Assembly (NCBI GenBank): GCA_026415985.1
Contig: JAOAGA010000002.1
Coordinates: 261 to 58,887, forward strand
DNA length: 58,627 bases
Direction: 5' to 3'
From: Pseudomonadota bacterium
GTDB lineage: Bacteria; CALINM01
Shown piece by piece: positions 1 through 9,945 of the stretch. The notes beneath the pieces are model-generated. The model saw only the letters and a list, made by a program, of their open reading frames with translations, searched no databases and was not told the DNA's origin. How positions within the stretch are numbered: position 1 is the first letter of the stretch; each line of letters begins with the position of its first letter. The translations under genes were made by a program, and so were the position numbers.

Positions 1-59
1 GTGGTCAATATGCCTATACCACGTGCCAAACATTAATAGTCAGAGATTTATTTTATTTC

Positions 60-89
60 TTGTAAAATTTGAACGTTTAACTATATAAT
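60..89 (+). promoter_or_regulatory. Candidate sigma70-type promoter upstream of aroA (TTGTAA-18 nt-TATAAT)
   Basis: TTGTAA at 60-65 and TATAAT at 84-89 read directly. It implies a very short 5' UTR, because the ATG is at 98 and no Shine-Dalgarno is visible. Confidence 0.25.
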
Positions 90-97
90 TTTTCACT

Positions 98-1381
98 ATG
101 ATATTTAAGAATATAAACAGACTTGAAGGTGAGATTTATTTTCCCGGTGATAAGTCAATTACTCATAGAGCTATTATGTTTGCGTCTCTTTCTAATGGAA
201 GATGTGAGATAAAAAATCTCGGTTTGGGAAGGGATAACTTATCTACAATAAGAATTTTTAGAGACTTAGGCATAGAAATAAAAAAAAATAAAGATAGGGT
301 AGTTATTTTTGGGAGAGGACTAAATGGATTAAAGGAACCGCAAAACATCCTTGATGCTGAGAACTCGGGAACAACCATAAGGATTTTATCAGGTATTCTG
401 TCAGCTCAACCCTTTTTTTCCGTTATAACAGGCGATAAATATCTTGTTAAAAGACCTATGAAAAGGGTCATAGAGCCCTTAAGTCTGATGGGAGCGGAGA
501 TTTCAGGAAGGGAGGGAAACAGATATCCGCCCCTTGCAATTAAAGGTAATCCAAAATTGAAGGCAATTGAATATGAGCTTTCTATAGCGAGTGCACAGGT
601 AAAGTCTGCCATTTTAATGGCAGGTATGTATGCAGAGGGAACTACTGTCGTTTCTGAACCATCAAAATCAAGAGATCATACTGAAAGATTTATGAAATCA
701 CTGGGGCTACCGGTTAAAGTTAACCAAAAAAAGGTCTCCATTTCAAAGGTTTCTGAAATACCATCTTTTGATATAGTTATACCCGGTGATATCTCTTCAT
801 CAGCCTTTTTTATGGTTGCTGGTTCTCTGATAAAAGGTTCTCATCTAATTCTTAAAAATGTCGGGATAAATCCAACAAGAACAGGAATTGTAGAAGTTCT
901 AAAAAAAATGGGTGCGGATATTAGTGTTTTCAATGAAAGATATATTAATGAAGAACCGGTAGGTGATATACTCGTCAAAGGAACAGGCTCTTTAAAAGGG
1001 GTTGAAATAAAAGGCGATATTATACCAAGACTTATTGATGAGATACCAGTTATTGCGGTGGCTGGTGCCTTTGCAGAGGGTGTAACGTTGATTGACGATG
1101 CCGAGGAGTTGAGGGTTAAAGAGAGCGACAGAATTAAGGCTATGGTGACTGAGTTAAAAAAAATGGGTGTTGATGTTGAAGAACTACCTAAGGGGATGTT
1201 GATAAAAGGTGGTAGAAAATATAAATGTGGGAAGATAAATACCTATGGTGATCATAGAGTTGCAATGGCAATGATCGTTTTTGGTCTTATTTCAAAGGAA
1301 GGTGTTATGACCGATGACAGAAGCTCTATAGAGGTATCTTTCCCAGATTTTATTCAAAAACTTAATGAGGTGATAAAATGA
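98..1381 (+). CDS. aroA: 3-phosphoshikimate 1-carboxyvinyltransferase (EPSP synthase)
   Basis: 427-aa ORF with EPSPS hallmarks (GDKSITHRA, ENSGTTIRIL, RVKESDRI, GDHRVAMA). ATGA stop/start overlap with cmk. Confidence 0.9.
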   Translation: MIFKNINRLEGEIYFPGDKSITHRAIMFASLSNGRCEIKNLGLGRDNLSTIRIFRDLGIEIKKNKDRVVIFGRGLNGLKEPQNILDAENSGTTIRILSGILSAQPFFSVITGDKYLVKRPMKRVIEPLSLMGAEISGREGNRYPPLAIKGNPKLKAIEYELSIASAQVKSAILMAGMYAEGTTVVSEPSKSRDHTERFMKSLGLPVKVNQKKVSISKVSEIPSFDIVIPGDISSSAFFMVAGSLIKGSHLILKNVGINPTRTGIVEVLKKMGADISVFNERYINEEPVGDILVKGTGSLKGVEIKGDIIPRLIDEIPVIAVAGAFAEGVTLIDDAEELRVKESDRIKAMVTELKKMGVDVEELPKGMLIKGGRKYKCGKINTYGDHRVAMAMIVFGLISKEGVMTDDRSSIEVSFPDFIQKLNEVIK

Positions 1382-2055
1382 TAGAGGTTGTAACCATAGA
1401 TGGTCCCTCAGGCTCTGGTAAAAGTACTGCTTCTAAATTAATAGCGAAAAAATTAGGATATAACTATTTGGATACAGGCGCAATGTACAGAGCTTTTGCA
1501 CTAATTGTACTTGAAAAGGGTTTCGAATATAATAAATCAAAATATGTTAAGCTGTTAAGGAATTTTGAAGTTGAGTTTAAAACAAGAAACAATAATCAAC
1601 GGGTCTATTGCGAGGAGAGAGACATTACTGAGGCTATCAGAATGCCGGATGTTTCTATGTGGGCATCAACCCTTTCTAAGGAAAAAGAAGTGCGTGATAG
1701 AATGTTTGTCCTTCAAAGAAAAATAGGTGAAAACGGAAAAATTGTTGCTGAAGGAAGAGACATGGGAACAGTTGTTTTTAAAGATGCCTTTGCAAAGTTC
1801 TTCCTAAATGCTTCATTGGAGGTTCGTGCAGAAAGAAGGTGGAAAGAGTTAAAAGAAAAAGGCATTAATCAATCACTTCAGGACGTTATAAATGATATCC
1901 AGAAAAGAGATGAACAGGATACCCACAGAGATATAGCTCCCCTTAAACCAGCAGAGGATGCGTTAATAATTGATACCTCAGAATTAACACTCGATGAGGT
2001 TGTATCAAAAATTTATGAGAATGTTATTCAGAAACTAAAAGTATGGAAATCTTAG
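1378..2055 (+). CDS. cmk: Cytidylate kinase
   Basis: P-loop IDGPSGSGKST followed by YLDTGAMYR. Sits in the conserved aroA-cmk-ispH-rpsA order. Confidence 0.9.
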   Translation: MIEVVTIDGPSGSGKSTASKLIAKKLGYNYLDTGAMYRAFALIVLEKGFEYNKSKYVKLLRNFEVEFKTRNNNQRVYCEERDITEAIRMPDVSMWASTLSKEKEVRDRMFVLQRKIGENGKIVAEGRDMGTVVFKDAFAKFFLNASLEVRAERRWKELKEKGINQSLQDVINDIQKRDEQDTHRDIAPLKPAEDALIIDTSELTLDEVVSKIYENVIQKLKVWKS

Positions 2056-2897
2056 TCGCCAAATCAGCGGGATTTTGCTATGGTGTAAAAAGGGCAATAA
2101 AAATGGCAAAAGATACCATAGAAAAATCTAAAGTAAACTGTTTTTCTTTAGGACCGATAATTCATAATCCCATTGTGGTAAGGGATCTTGAGAAAGAAGG
2201 TTTGAAAGTTATTGAAAACGTAAGAGATATTAAGAAAGGGACTCTTGTTATCAGGTCTCATGGAATATCAAAGGATGAGAGTGAGTATCTTAAAAAAAAT
2301 CCAAAAATATCCGTTGTAGATACAACTTGTCCTTTTGTTACTAAATCGAAGAAATTTTTGGTAAGACTTATAAGGGGTGGTTATAATATTTTTTTTCTCG
2401 GTGATAAAGACCATCCGGAGGTTAAAGGATTGCTGAGTTATATCAATAATAGGGCAGTTGTTTTCAAAGATCCCGATGAGCTTGAGATAAAAAACTATAA
2501 AAAAGTTGGGTTAATATCTCAGACAACCCAAAAGATAGAGCTTTTAAAAAAGGCTGTAGACAGATTGCTGTCAAGCACCGAAGAGTTAAGAGTTTTCAAC
2601 ACTATATGCAAAACAACCTCTATTAGACAAAAAGAAGCAGTAGAACTTGCTAAAAAGGTTGATTTAATGTTGGTTCTTGGTGGTAAGAATAGTTCTAATA
2701 CAAAAAAACTTTATGAGGTTTGCAAATCAGTTTTAAATAAAAGTTTTCACATCGAATCTCCCAAAGAGATAGATACAAGATGGCTTGAAGGGGTTAAAAA
2801 GGTAGGAATTACCGCAGGTGCCTCAACACCTAAAGAGCATATTAATGATGTAATTAAGTTTTTAAGAGATAACAGTACGGAGGAAAATAATGGATAA
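2043..2897 (+). CDS. ispH: 4-hydroxy-3-methylbut-2-enyl diphosphate reductase
   Basis: LytB/IspH motifs SAGFCYGVKRAI, IIHNP, TTCPFV and GGKNSSNT. 284 aa, immediately upstream of rpsA as in many bacteria. Confidence 0.9.
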   Translation: MEILVAKSAGFCYGVKRAIKMAKDTIEKSKVNCFSLGPIIHNPIVVRDLEKEGLKVIENVRDIKKGTLVIRSHGISKDESEYLKKNPKISVVDTTCPFVTKSKKFLVRLIRGGYNIFFLGDKDHPEVKGLLSYINNRAVVFKDPDELEIKNYKKVGLISQTTQKIELLKKAVDRLLSSTEELRVFNTICKTTSIRQKEAVELAKKVDLMLVLGGKNSSNTKKLYEVCKSVLNKSFHIESPKEIDTRWLEGVKKVGITAGASTPKEHINDVIKFLRDNSTEENNG

Positions 2898-4479
2898 TGA
2901 AAAGTTTGAAGATCTACTTAACCATAGCCTTTTTATGAAGAAAGAAGGGCTTGTTAAAGGGATAATTGTAAAAAAATTAAACGATGGTGTATTAATTAAT
3001 CTTGGTATAAAAACTGATAAGTTTATACCTAAGACAGAGTTCTTGGATGATGAATGGGACAGATTAAGTATTAATGATGAGATAGAAGTTGTTTTAAGGG
3101 GCGGAAATGTATCTTATAAAGAGGCAAGAAAAAGTATTGCCCTTGAAGAAATAAGTCAGGCCTATAAATCACAAAGCCCCATCAGTATAGTCATTAAATC
3201 TGAGACTAAAGGTGGGTATACGGCAGATTACAAAGGTTTTCAGATATTTGTTCCCGGTTCACAGGCTAAAGGTAAAAAGGATATACAATCAGGAGATACC
3301 TTCTTTGCCTTTATAAAAAAGTTTGAAGAAGGAGATAATAATATAGTCTGTTCCATTAGCGAGTATGAAAGTTATATGAAAAACAAAACCTTAGAAAATT
3401 TCTTTAGTAATTATAAAACAGGCGATGTTCTTGAAGGTGAGGTTAAAAATATAATTGATAAAGGAGTTTTTGTAAATATTGAAGGCGTTGAGGGTTTTAT
3501 ACCATTTTCTGAAATTACTCACAGAAGAATTAAATCGCCCGGAGAGTTTTTTAGTATCGGTCAAAAGATAAAGGTAAAAATAATAAGACTTGATAAGGAA
3601 AATAACAGGATTGTCATTAGTACAAAAGCCCTTGAACAAGATCCCTTTCAGGTTTTTACGGGTAAATATAAAGAAGGAGATAAGATTGATGGTATAGTTA
3701 GGAATATTATCGACAAGGGTGTATTTGTGGAGATTATGGATGGTCTTGATGGCTTCCTGCCCCTTTCAGAAATTTCATGGACAGAGAGAGTTAAAAATCC
3801 TGATAAATATTTTAAAATTGGCGACAAAGTTTCTGTAATAATTAAAAAAATAGACACAAAAGACAAAAAAATATCCCTTAGCTTTAAGGATTTGCTGAAT
3901 AACCCCTGGGACGAGTTTAAGGACAAAAATCCTGTTGGTTCTGTAGTTAATGCTGTTATTAAAGATATAGTAGAAAAAGGGTTAGTGGTTAATACCGATT
4001 ATAATTTAGAGGCCTTTATCCCCAATGAAAACATTGGTTATGGCAGGCTTTCTGAAGAAAAGAAGAACTATAAAAAGGGCGATAAGATAGAAGCGAAGGT
4101 AATTGAAATCGATTCTTCAAGAAGGAGGATAATTTTATCCATCAAGGAAATGCTTGATGATCCTTTTAATATAGCAATGGCAAATATAAAAATCGGTGAT
4201 GAGGTTAAGGGAAAAATTTCCGGATTTACTGAAAATGTTGTTTTTTTTGAGATAATGCCTAAGGTAGAAGGTATAGTAAAAAGACGGGAGTTTAAGAAAG
4301 AAGATTCTATAAAGATTGGTGATAGCTACTCACTTTTAGTTACTGATATTGACGATAAAAAAAGAAAGTTTGTTTTAAGCATCGAGGAGCTTAAAAAAAT
4401 TAATGAAAAAAGGGAGTTGGAGGATCATAAACAAAAAAATAAAGTAAATGTTACATTGGGAGATTTTTTTAAGAAATGA
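2890..4479 (+). CDS. rpsA: 30S ribosomal protein S1
   Basis: 529 aa made of about six tandem S1/OB repeats (recurrent G-x-V-x-G-x-V...KG-x-FV...GF-x-P-x-SE pattern). Confidence 0.9.
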   Translation: MDNEKFEDLLNHSLFMKKEGLVKGIIVKKLNDGVLINLGIKTDKFIPKTEFLDDEWDRLSINDEIEVVLRGGNVSYKEARKSIALEEISQAYKSQSPISIVIKSETKGGYTADYKGFQIFVPGSQAKGKKDIQSGDTFFAFIKKFEEGDNNIVCSISEYESYMKNKTLENFFSNYKTGDVLEGEVKNIIDKGVFVNIEGVEGFIPFSEITHRRIKSPGEFFSIGQKIKVKIIRLDKENNRIVISTKALEQDPFQVFTGKYKEGDKIDGIVRNIIDKGVFVEIMDGLDGFLPLSEISWTERVKNPDKYFKIGDKVSVIIKKIDTKDKKISLSFKDLLNNPWDEFKDKNPVGSVVNAVIKDIVEKGLVVNTDYNLEAFIPNENIGYGRLSEEKKNYKKGDKIEAKVIEIDSSRRRIILSIKEMLDDPFNIAMANIKIGDEVKGKISGFTENVVFFEIMPKVEGIVKRREFKKEDSIKIGDSYSLLVTDIDDKKRKFVLSIEELKKINEKRELEDHKQKNKVNVTLGDFFKK

Positions 4480-5381
4480 AAAAAAAGAGAATATTTATAG
4501 CCATTCTGGTAATTATTGTTTTAGTGGTGGTAATCACTTTAGCTGATAACTATTTGGGTGGAGGTTATGGCAAAGCTGTGTCAGGTGATAAGATAGGAGT
4601 TGTAGAGATTACTGGTGTTATAAAGTCTTCGGATGAGGTGGTTAAACAGCTCTCTGAGTTTGGAAGGGATAAAAAAATAAAAGCAATAATCGTAAGAATT
4701 GATTCTCCCGGTGGTGCGGTGGCACCTTCTCAGGAAATATATAGGGAGATAATGAAAGTAAGAAAGGAAAAACCCGTCATTGCTTCTATAGGGACTTTAG
4801 GTGCTTCGGGCGGTTATTATATAGCATCTGCTGCAACAAAAATTGTGGCAAGTGAAGGTTCTATAACAGGAAGTATCGGTGTTATAATTCAGTTTTTCAA
4901 TTTCCAGCAACTTTTGGGAAAGATTGGTGTGAAAGGTAATGTTATAAAAAGCGGAGAGTATAAAGATTCCGGTTCACCTATCAGAGATATGACAAAGGAA
5001 GAAAGGGAGCTTATTCAAGGTGTAATAGATGATGTCCATAATCAGTTTGTTGAAGCAATAGTTAAGGGTAGAGGACTTAAAAAGGATGAAGTTTTGAAGA
5101 TTGCCGATGGTAGAATAATTACGGGTAGATATGCTAAAGAGCTTAAATTGGTTGATGAACTTGGTAATCTCAGCGATTCTGTTGAGCTTGCCAAAAGAAT
5201 AGCCAAGATTGAGGGTGAGCCTAAGCTCATTTATCCAAAAAAGAAAAAGATCGGGTTTTTAGAGATTTTAAATGGTCTTTCTGAAAATGATGCAAGTTCA
5301 AAGCTTTACCTTCTACTTTCTGATATTAGAATTCCCTTTTTTATGTCTGATATAATTAATAAATTGGCAAATGAGCAATAG
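4476..5381 (+). CDS. sppA: Signal peptide peptidase SppA, 36K type
   Basis: N-terminal TM anchor and the motifs RIDSPGG, GASGGYY and GSIGV. ATGA overlap with rpsA. Confidence 0.85.
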   Translation: MKKKRIFIAILVIIVLVVVITLADNYLGGGYGKAVSGDKIGVVEITGVIKSSDEVVKQLSEFGRDKKIKAIIVRIDSPGGAVAPSQEIYREIMKVRKEKPVIASIGTLGASGGYYIASAATKIVASEGSITGSIGVIIQFFNFQQLLGKIGVKGNVIKSGEYKDSGSPIRDMTKEERELIQGVIDDVHNQFVEAIVKGRGLKKDEVLKIADGRIITGRYAKELKLVDELGNLSDSVELAKRIAKIEGEPKLIYPKKKKIGFLEILNGLSENDASSKLYLLLSDIRIPFFMSDIINKLANEQ

Positions 5382-5856
5382 AGTAATAACTATCGGGGTT
5401 GTTTCGGATACCCATCTTGATAGGGATGATGGGTCTTTTTTAAAACTCATAGAAAGATTTTTTAGAGATTGTCATCTGATTATTCATTGCGGAGACATAA
5501 CCAATGAGGACATTTTTTTGTCTGTTAAAAGGGATATTGTAGCAGTCAGAGGCAATATGGATTTAAACAGTAATTTACCAATAAAAAAAGAGCTAAATAT
5601 ATTGAACAAAAAAATCGGTATTATTCATGGCTATGGTTCTCCAACGGGTATCAGAGAAAGAATAAGGAAGGTGTTTGATGAGGTTGACTGCATCCTCTAT
5701 GGACATACTCATAATCCCTTTTGTGATTATGAAAAAGGAGTTCTTTTTTTTAACCCTGGGTCCGCCTTTGATAAAAGATGGGCGCCTAAAAGAACGATTG
5801 GCTATTTGATTGTAACAGAAGACAAGATAGATGGTAAAATAGTTGAAATCGACTGA
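5371..5856 (+). CDS. YfcE/MJ0936-family metallophosphoesterase
   Basis: Motifs SDTH, CGD, GNMD and GHTH in order within a 161-aa protein. Confidence 0.75.
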   Translation: MSNRVITIGVVSDTHLDRDDGSFLKLIERFFRDCHLIIHCGDITNEDIFLSVKRDIVAVRGNMDLNSNLPIKKELNILNKKIGIIHGYGSPTGIRERIRKVFDEVDCILYGHTHNPFCDYEKGVLFFNPGSAFDKRWAPKRTIGYLIVTEDKIDGKIVEID

Positions 5857-5920
5857 TTTAAAAGTAATGTCAGGTTGTTTTGGCTAAGACTTAACTTGAT
5901 TTTAATGGAGGTGGAAGGAT

Positions 5921-6421
5921 ATGGAACATATTTACGCGCCCTGGCGAAAGGACTTCATAGAAAAAAAAGAAAAGGAGGAAGGCTGTATATTCTGTAAAAG
6001 AAAGGATCTCGATATATCAATAGAAAGCTTGGTTATCTTCAAAGGTAAGCTAAGTTTTATATTGCTTAACAAATATCCATATAATAACGGACATCTTATG
6101 GTTGCTCCCTACTCTCATAAGGGCGATTTTACCGAGTTAGACGATGATGAAATAAACGATTTATCAAAAAATATTAAGTTTGCCCTGTCTGCTTTAAAAA
6201 AGGCATATAATCCGCAAGGTTTTAATATAGGAATGAATCTTGGTTCTGTGGCAGGGGCAGGAGTGGCAGATCATCTCCATTGGCACATCGTTCCAAGATG
6301 GGGTGGGGACACAAACTTTATGCCAGTAACAGGTGAAACTAAGGTTTTACACGAAATACTTTCAGATACCTTTGAGAGATTATTGCCGGTTATAAATGAT
6401 CTGAAGAACCATATAAAATAA
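5921..6421 (+). CDS. HIT-family nucleotide hydrolase/transferase
   Basis: Histidine triad HLHWHIVPRW. N-terminal YAPWR and CIFC. Strong RBS GGAGGTGGAAGG upstream. Confidence 0.75.
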   Translation: MEHIYAPWRKDFIEKKEKEEGCIFCKRKDLDISIESLVIFKGKLSFILLNKYPYNNGHLMVAPYSHKGDFTELDDDEINDLSKNIKFALSALKKAYNPQGFNIGMNLGSVAGAGVADHLHWHIVPRWGGDTNFMPVTGETKVLHEILSDTFERLLPVINDLKNHIK

Positions 6422-6453
6422 GCCATGATTGAAATGGTTTTAAATAAAAAGGA

Positions 6454-7437
6454 GTGAATATTTTGGATATAAAGAGATTAATAGAGGATGCCTTCGATAA
6501 AGACAAGGATATAATAGATTTTTTCATAGAGATTTCGAGCCTCTATTCCGAAACAGGAAATATTGACAAGGCAATAAACATTAAAGAACTGCTCTTGGCC
6601 TTACCTATCAATAAAGAAAAAAAAGAAGAAGTTATGCTTAACCTTGCGAAAGATTTTCATAGGGCTGGGATGTATGATAATGCTATCTCAGTTTTGGAAG
6701 ATCTTTTTTTAATAAGCGATAATAAAGACGAAATACTTGATATGCAATCTCATCTTTACTCGGAACTTAAAGAATGGAAAAAGATTCTTGATATACAAAA
6801 AATGAAAAAAGTTAAGGATCCTGATTTTATTCTCTTTGCCCTCTGCAACTTTTCAAAGGAAGTATTACTGGATGGTGATCTTAAAAAGGCACAGCTTCTT
6901 CTTAAAGAGGCAGAACTCATATCTAAAGATCATCCCCATATATTATTGCATTGGGTTGATGTTTTCGTTAAAGAGGATAATTGTAAAAAGATATTAGAAA
7001 TTGGTGAAAAGATAAGCAAAGATTGTCCCGACTTTTTTGGTATTTTTCTGGAAAAGGTTATCTCTTTGGCTGACAACAACTTTGACTCATTATTACAACT
7101 GGTTATTAACCACTTAAGATACAGGTCTCAAGATTATTATACAATTTATATCTTATCCGGTCATCTTTTCAAAAAAGAAAGGTTTCAGGATGTTGTAAAT
7201 ATATTGAAAGGTCACATTTCAAAGGAACTCAGGATTCCTGCCTTAATTAAGCTATTTATCCAAAGTTTGGAAAGAGTTGGTGGGGATATAGATAAGGTTT
7301 ACTTAAAATCTATTATTAACAATATTCCTGATCACACAAAGTGGTTTAGATGTTCAAATTGTGGTCAGGAAGTTGAGCTTTATTCCTTTAACTGTATCAG
7401 ATGTTCATCTATTAACAGTCTTAAGCATCTATGGTAG
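6454..7437 (+). CDS. LapB/YciM-like helical-repeat protein with C-terminal zinc ribbon
   Basis: Helical TPR-like body plus C-terminal CSNCGQEVELYSFNCIRCSS. No N-terminal TM helix. The GGAG at 6451-6454 fits a TTG start at 6463 better than the GTG at 6454. Confidence 0.5.
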   Translation: MNILDIKRLIEDAFDKDKDIIDFFIEISSLYSETGNIDKAINIKELLLALPINKEKKEEVMLNLAKDFHRAGMYDNAISVLEDLFLISDNKDEILDMQSHLYSELKEWKKILDIQKMKKVKDPDFILFALCNFSKEVLLDGDLKKAQLLLKEAELISKDHPHILLHWVDVFVKEDNCKKILEIGEKISKDCPDFFGIFLEKVISLADNNFDSLLQLVINHLRYRSQDYYTIYILSGHLFKKERFQDVVNILKGHISKELRIPALIKLFIQSLERVGGDIDKVYLKSIINNIPDHTKWFRCSNCGQEVELYSFNCIRCSSINSLKHLW

Positions 7438-9938
7438 AGACAATCAAAGATAAAATAACTCCCATGATGAGGCAGTATCTTGAAGTCAAGTCAAGATATA
7501 AAGACGCCTTTGTGTTTTTTAGGGTGGGGGATTTTTATGAACTTTTCTACGATGATGCGATCAATGCCTCCGCTATTTTGGGCATTGCCCTTACATCGAG
7601 AGATAAAAGTGAAAAAGATGCGGTCCCGCTATGCGGAGTTCCCTATCATTCCGTTGATAACTATATAAATAAGTTGCTCAGAGAAGGCCATAAGGTAGTC
7701 ATATGCGACCAGATTGAGGATCCAAAACTTGCCAAGGGAGTTGTGAAGAGAGAAGTCACAAGGGTCTTTACTCCCGGAACCGTCGTTGATATGGATAGGT
7801 TGGATCCGAAAGAGAGTAACTACATCTTTTCATTATATTTTTTGAATGAAAAAGAAGTCTCCGTGGCAATGGCTGATATCTCCTGTGGCAATGTGTTATA
7901 TTTTCTAACAGATGATATAGAAAAAGATGTGATTGAGAAAATGAAACCTAAAGAAATGGTTCTTTTGGAATCCCAAAGGGGTTTTCTGACTGATAACTTT
8001 CATAAAAAAAATTTACTTATAAGCTTTCTTAACCTTAGCGATGATGAGATTGTAAAAGATGAGACAGAAAAAATATCTCTTGAATTAATAAAAAAATACA
8101 TAAGAAATGTTATTCTTATCAGAGACTTTAATTTTCAAAACCCAAAAAAAATATCAGTTAAGGACTACCTTTATCTTGATGAGAATGCCATAAGAGATTT
8201 GGAAATTTTTGAACCAGTTTTGAAAGGCGAGAAAAACTCTTCTTTACTATCAGTACTTGACAATACAAAAACTTCCATGGGTGGCAGAAAACTAAGAGAT
8301 TTTCTGACTTTTCCTTTAACAGACAGGAAAGAGATAGCAAGAAGGTTGTCAATAGTTGAGGAGTTTATAAAAAATCCTCAAATTATTGAACCATTAAGAG
8401 GTGGACTTGCCAATATTTTAGATATTGAAAGGATTATAGGTAGTCTTCTAAATCTGAGTTTGTCTCCTAAGTATTTAATATCACTTAAAAATTCTCTAAA
8501 AGAATTGCCAAAAATCAAAGAGTTAATATTTCAGTATGATTTTTTTAAGGAGTTCTTTACTCTTGATGAGTTAAATGAGTTAGTCAGGCTCATAGAAGAT
8601 TCTGTTATGTCAGATCCGCCTTTTACGCTAAAGGAAGGGAATGTAATAAAAAGTGGCTATTCAAAAGAACTGGATGAGCTAAGAAACGTGGTGGAAGGTA
8701 ATACAAATTTTTTATTTGAATATGAACAAAAAGAAAGAGAAAGAACAGGTATATCATCTTTGAAGGTAGGTTTTAATAAAATCTTCGGATATTACATCGA
8801 AGTAACAAAATCTAATCTTAAAAACGTACCTCTAAATTATATCAGAAAGCAAACCCTTGTTAATGCGGAAAGATTTATCACCGACGAGCTTAAATCCTAT
8901 GAAGACAAGGTTCTTAGCGCCTCATCAAAGATAAAGGAGCTGGAAGAAAGCCTCTATAAAGAAATATTGGTTTCAATAAGGGAGTTTATACCTAAATTAA
9001 AGGAACTGGCTAATGAACTTGCTCTTTTGGATATTTTCAGTTCCTTCGCCCTTAATGCTATAAGATATAATTATTGCAGACCAGTCTTCAACGATGGAGA
9101 GTATATCTTAATTGAAGATGGAAGACACCCCTTTGTTGAAAGAAAGTTAAAGAACTTTGTCTCTAACGACCTGAAGCTTTCTAAAGATAGTTATAACATA
9201 ATGGTTATTACAGGACCTAATATGGCGGGAAAATCAACTTATATGAGACAAACCGCCCTCATTGCTATAATGGCTCAGATAGGTTCCTATGTTCCGGCAA
9301 AAAAGGCAGAGATTCCTGTTTTTGACAGGATTTTTACAAGAATTGGCAGTGCAGACTTTTTAGCATCCGGTAAAAGCACCTTTATGGTTGAAATGGTTGA
9401 AACTGCAAATATCCTGAGAGGACTTACAGAAAAGAGTTTAATAATCTTAGACGAAGTAGGCAGGGGAACAAGCACCTTTGACGGTATGTCCATAGCGGAG
9501 GCATTGCTTGAGTATCTTTCTGATAAAACAGAGAAACCTTACGTTCTTTTTTCCACCCATTACCATGAATTAACCGAGCTGGCAAAGAGGAGAAAAAATA
9601 TTAAAAACTTTACGATACCAGCCAAGGAATGGAAAGATGATATTATATTTCTTCACAAATTAACAGAAGGTGTCGCCAATAAAAGTTATGGTATTTATGT
9701 GGCCAAATTAGCAGGGCTTCCCGAAAAGGTAATTGCCCGTGCAAAGGAGATATTAGCGGTTCTTGAAAGGTCGGATATTAAAGGAGACAGAGATAATCTC
9801 TTTCCTTTAAAAAAACAACCCTCACTTTTTGAGGATAATGAGAAAAGGATAATTAAAGAGATTGAGGGTGTAAATATTGAAGAATTAACTCCTCTGCAGG
9901 CTTTTGATCTTTTAAGAAGATTAAAAAATATGCTATGA
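7431..9938 (+). CDS. mutS: DNA mismatch repair protein MutS
   Basis: N-terminal TPMMRQYLEVK...GDFYELF, Walker A GPNMAGKST, Walker B ILDEVGRGTST. 835 aa. Confidence 0.95.
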   Translation: MVETIKDKITPMMRQYLEVKSRYKDAFVFFRVGDFYELFYDDAINASAILGIALTSRDKSEKDAVPLCGVPYHSVDNYINKLLREGHKVVICDQIEDPKLAKGVVKREVTRVFTPGTVVDMDRLDPKESNYIFSLYFLNEKEVSVAMADISCGNVLYFLTDDIEKDVIEKMKPKEMVLLESQRGFLTDNFHKKNLLISFLNLSDDEIVKDETEKISLELIKKYIRNVILIRDFNFQNPKKISVKDYLYLDENAIRDLEIFEPVLKGEKNSSLLSVLDNTKTSMGGRKLRDFLTFPLTDRKEIARRLSIVEEFIKNPQIIEPLRGGLANILDIERIIGSLLNLSLSPKYLISLKNSLKELPKIKELIFQYDFFKEFFTLDELNELVRLIEDSVMSDPPFTLKEGNVIKSGYSKELDELRNVVEGNTNFLFEYEQKERERTGISSLKVGFNKIFGYYIEVTKSNLKNVPLNYIRKQTLVNAERFITDELKSYEDKVLSASSKIKELEESLYKEILVSIREFIPKLKELANELALLDIFSSFALNAIRYNYCRPVFNDGEYILIEDGRHPFVERKLKNFVSNDLKLSKDSYNIMVITGPNMAGKSTYMRQTALIAIMAQIGSYVPAKKAEIPVFDRIFTRIGSADFLASGKSTFMVEMVETANILRGLTEKSLIILDEVGRGTSTFDGMSIAEALLEYLSDKTEKPYVLFSTHYHELTELAKRRKNIKNFTIPAKEWKDDIIFLHKLTEGVANKSYGIYVAKLAGLPEKVIARAKEILAVLERSDIKGDRDNLFPLKKQPSLFEDNEKRIIKEIEGVNIEELTPLQAFDLLRRLKNML

Positions 9939-9945
9939 TAACTTA

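Noticed and set aside
7480-7668. 62-aa + strand ORF in an alternative frame inside mutS (similar cases at 12693-12896 in glnD, 21744-21929 in the AAA+ gene, 33662-33847 and 37506-37736)
   Set aside because: These are embedded in genes whose main frame shows clear family motifs. They have no independent RBS or motif support.
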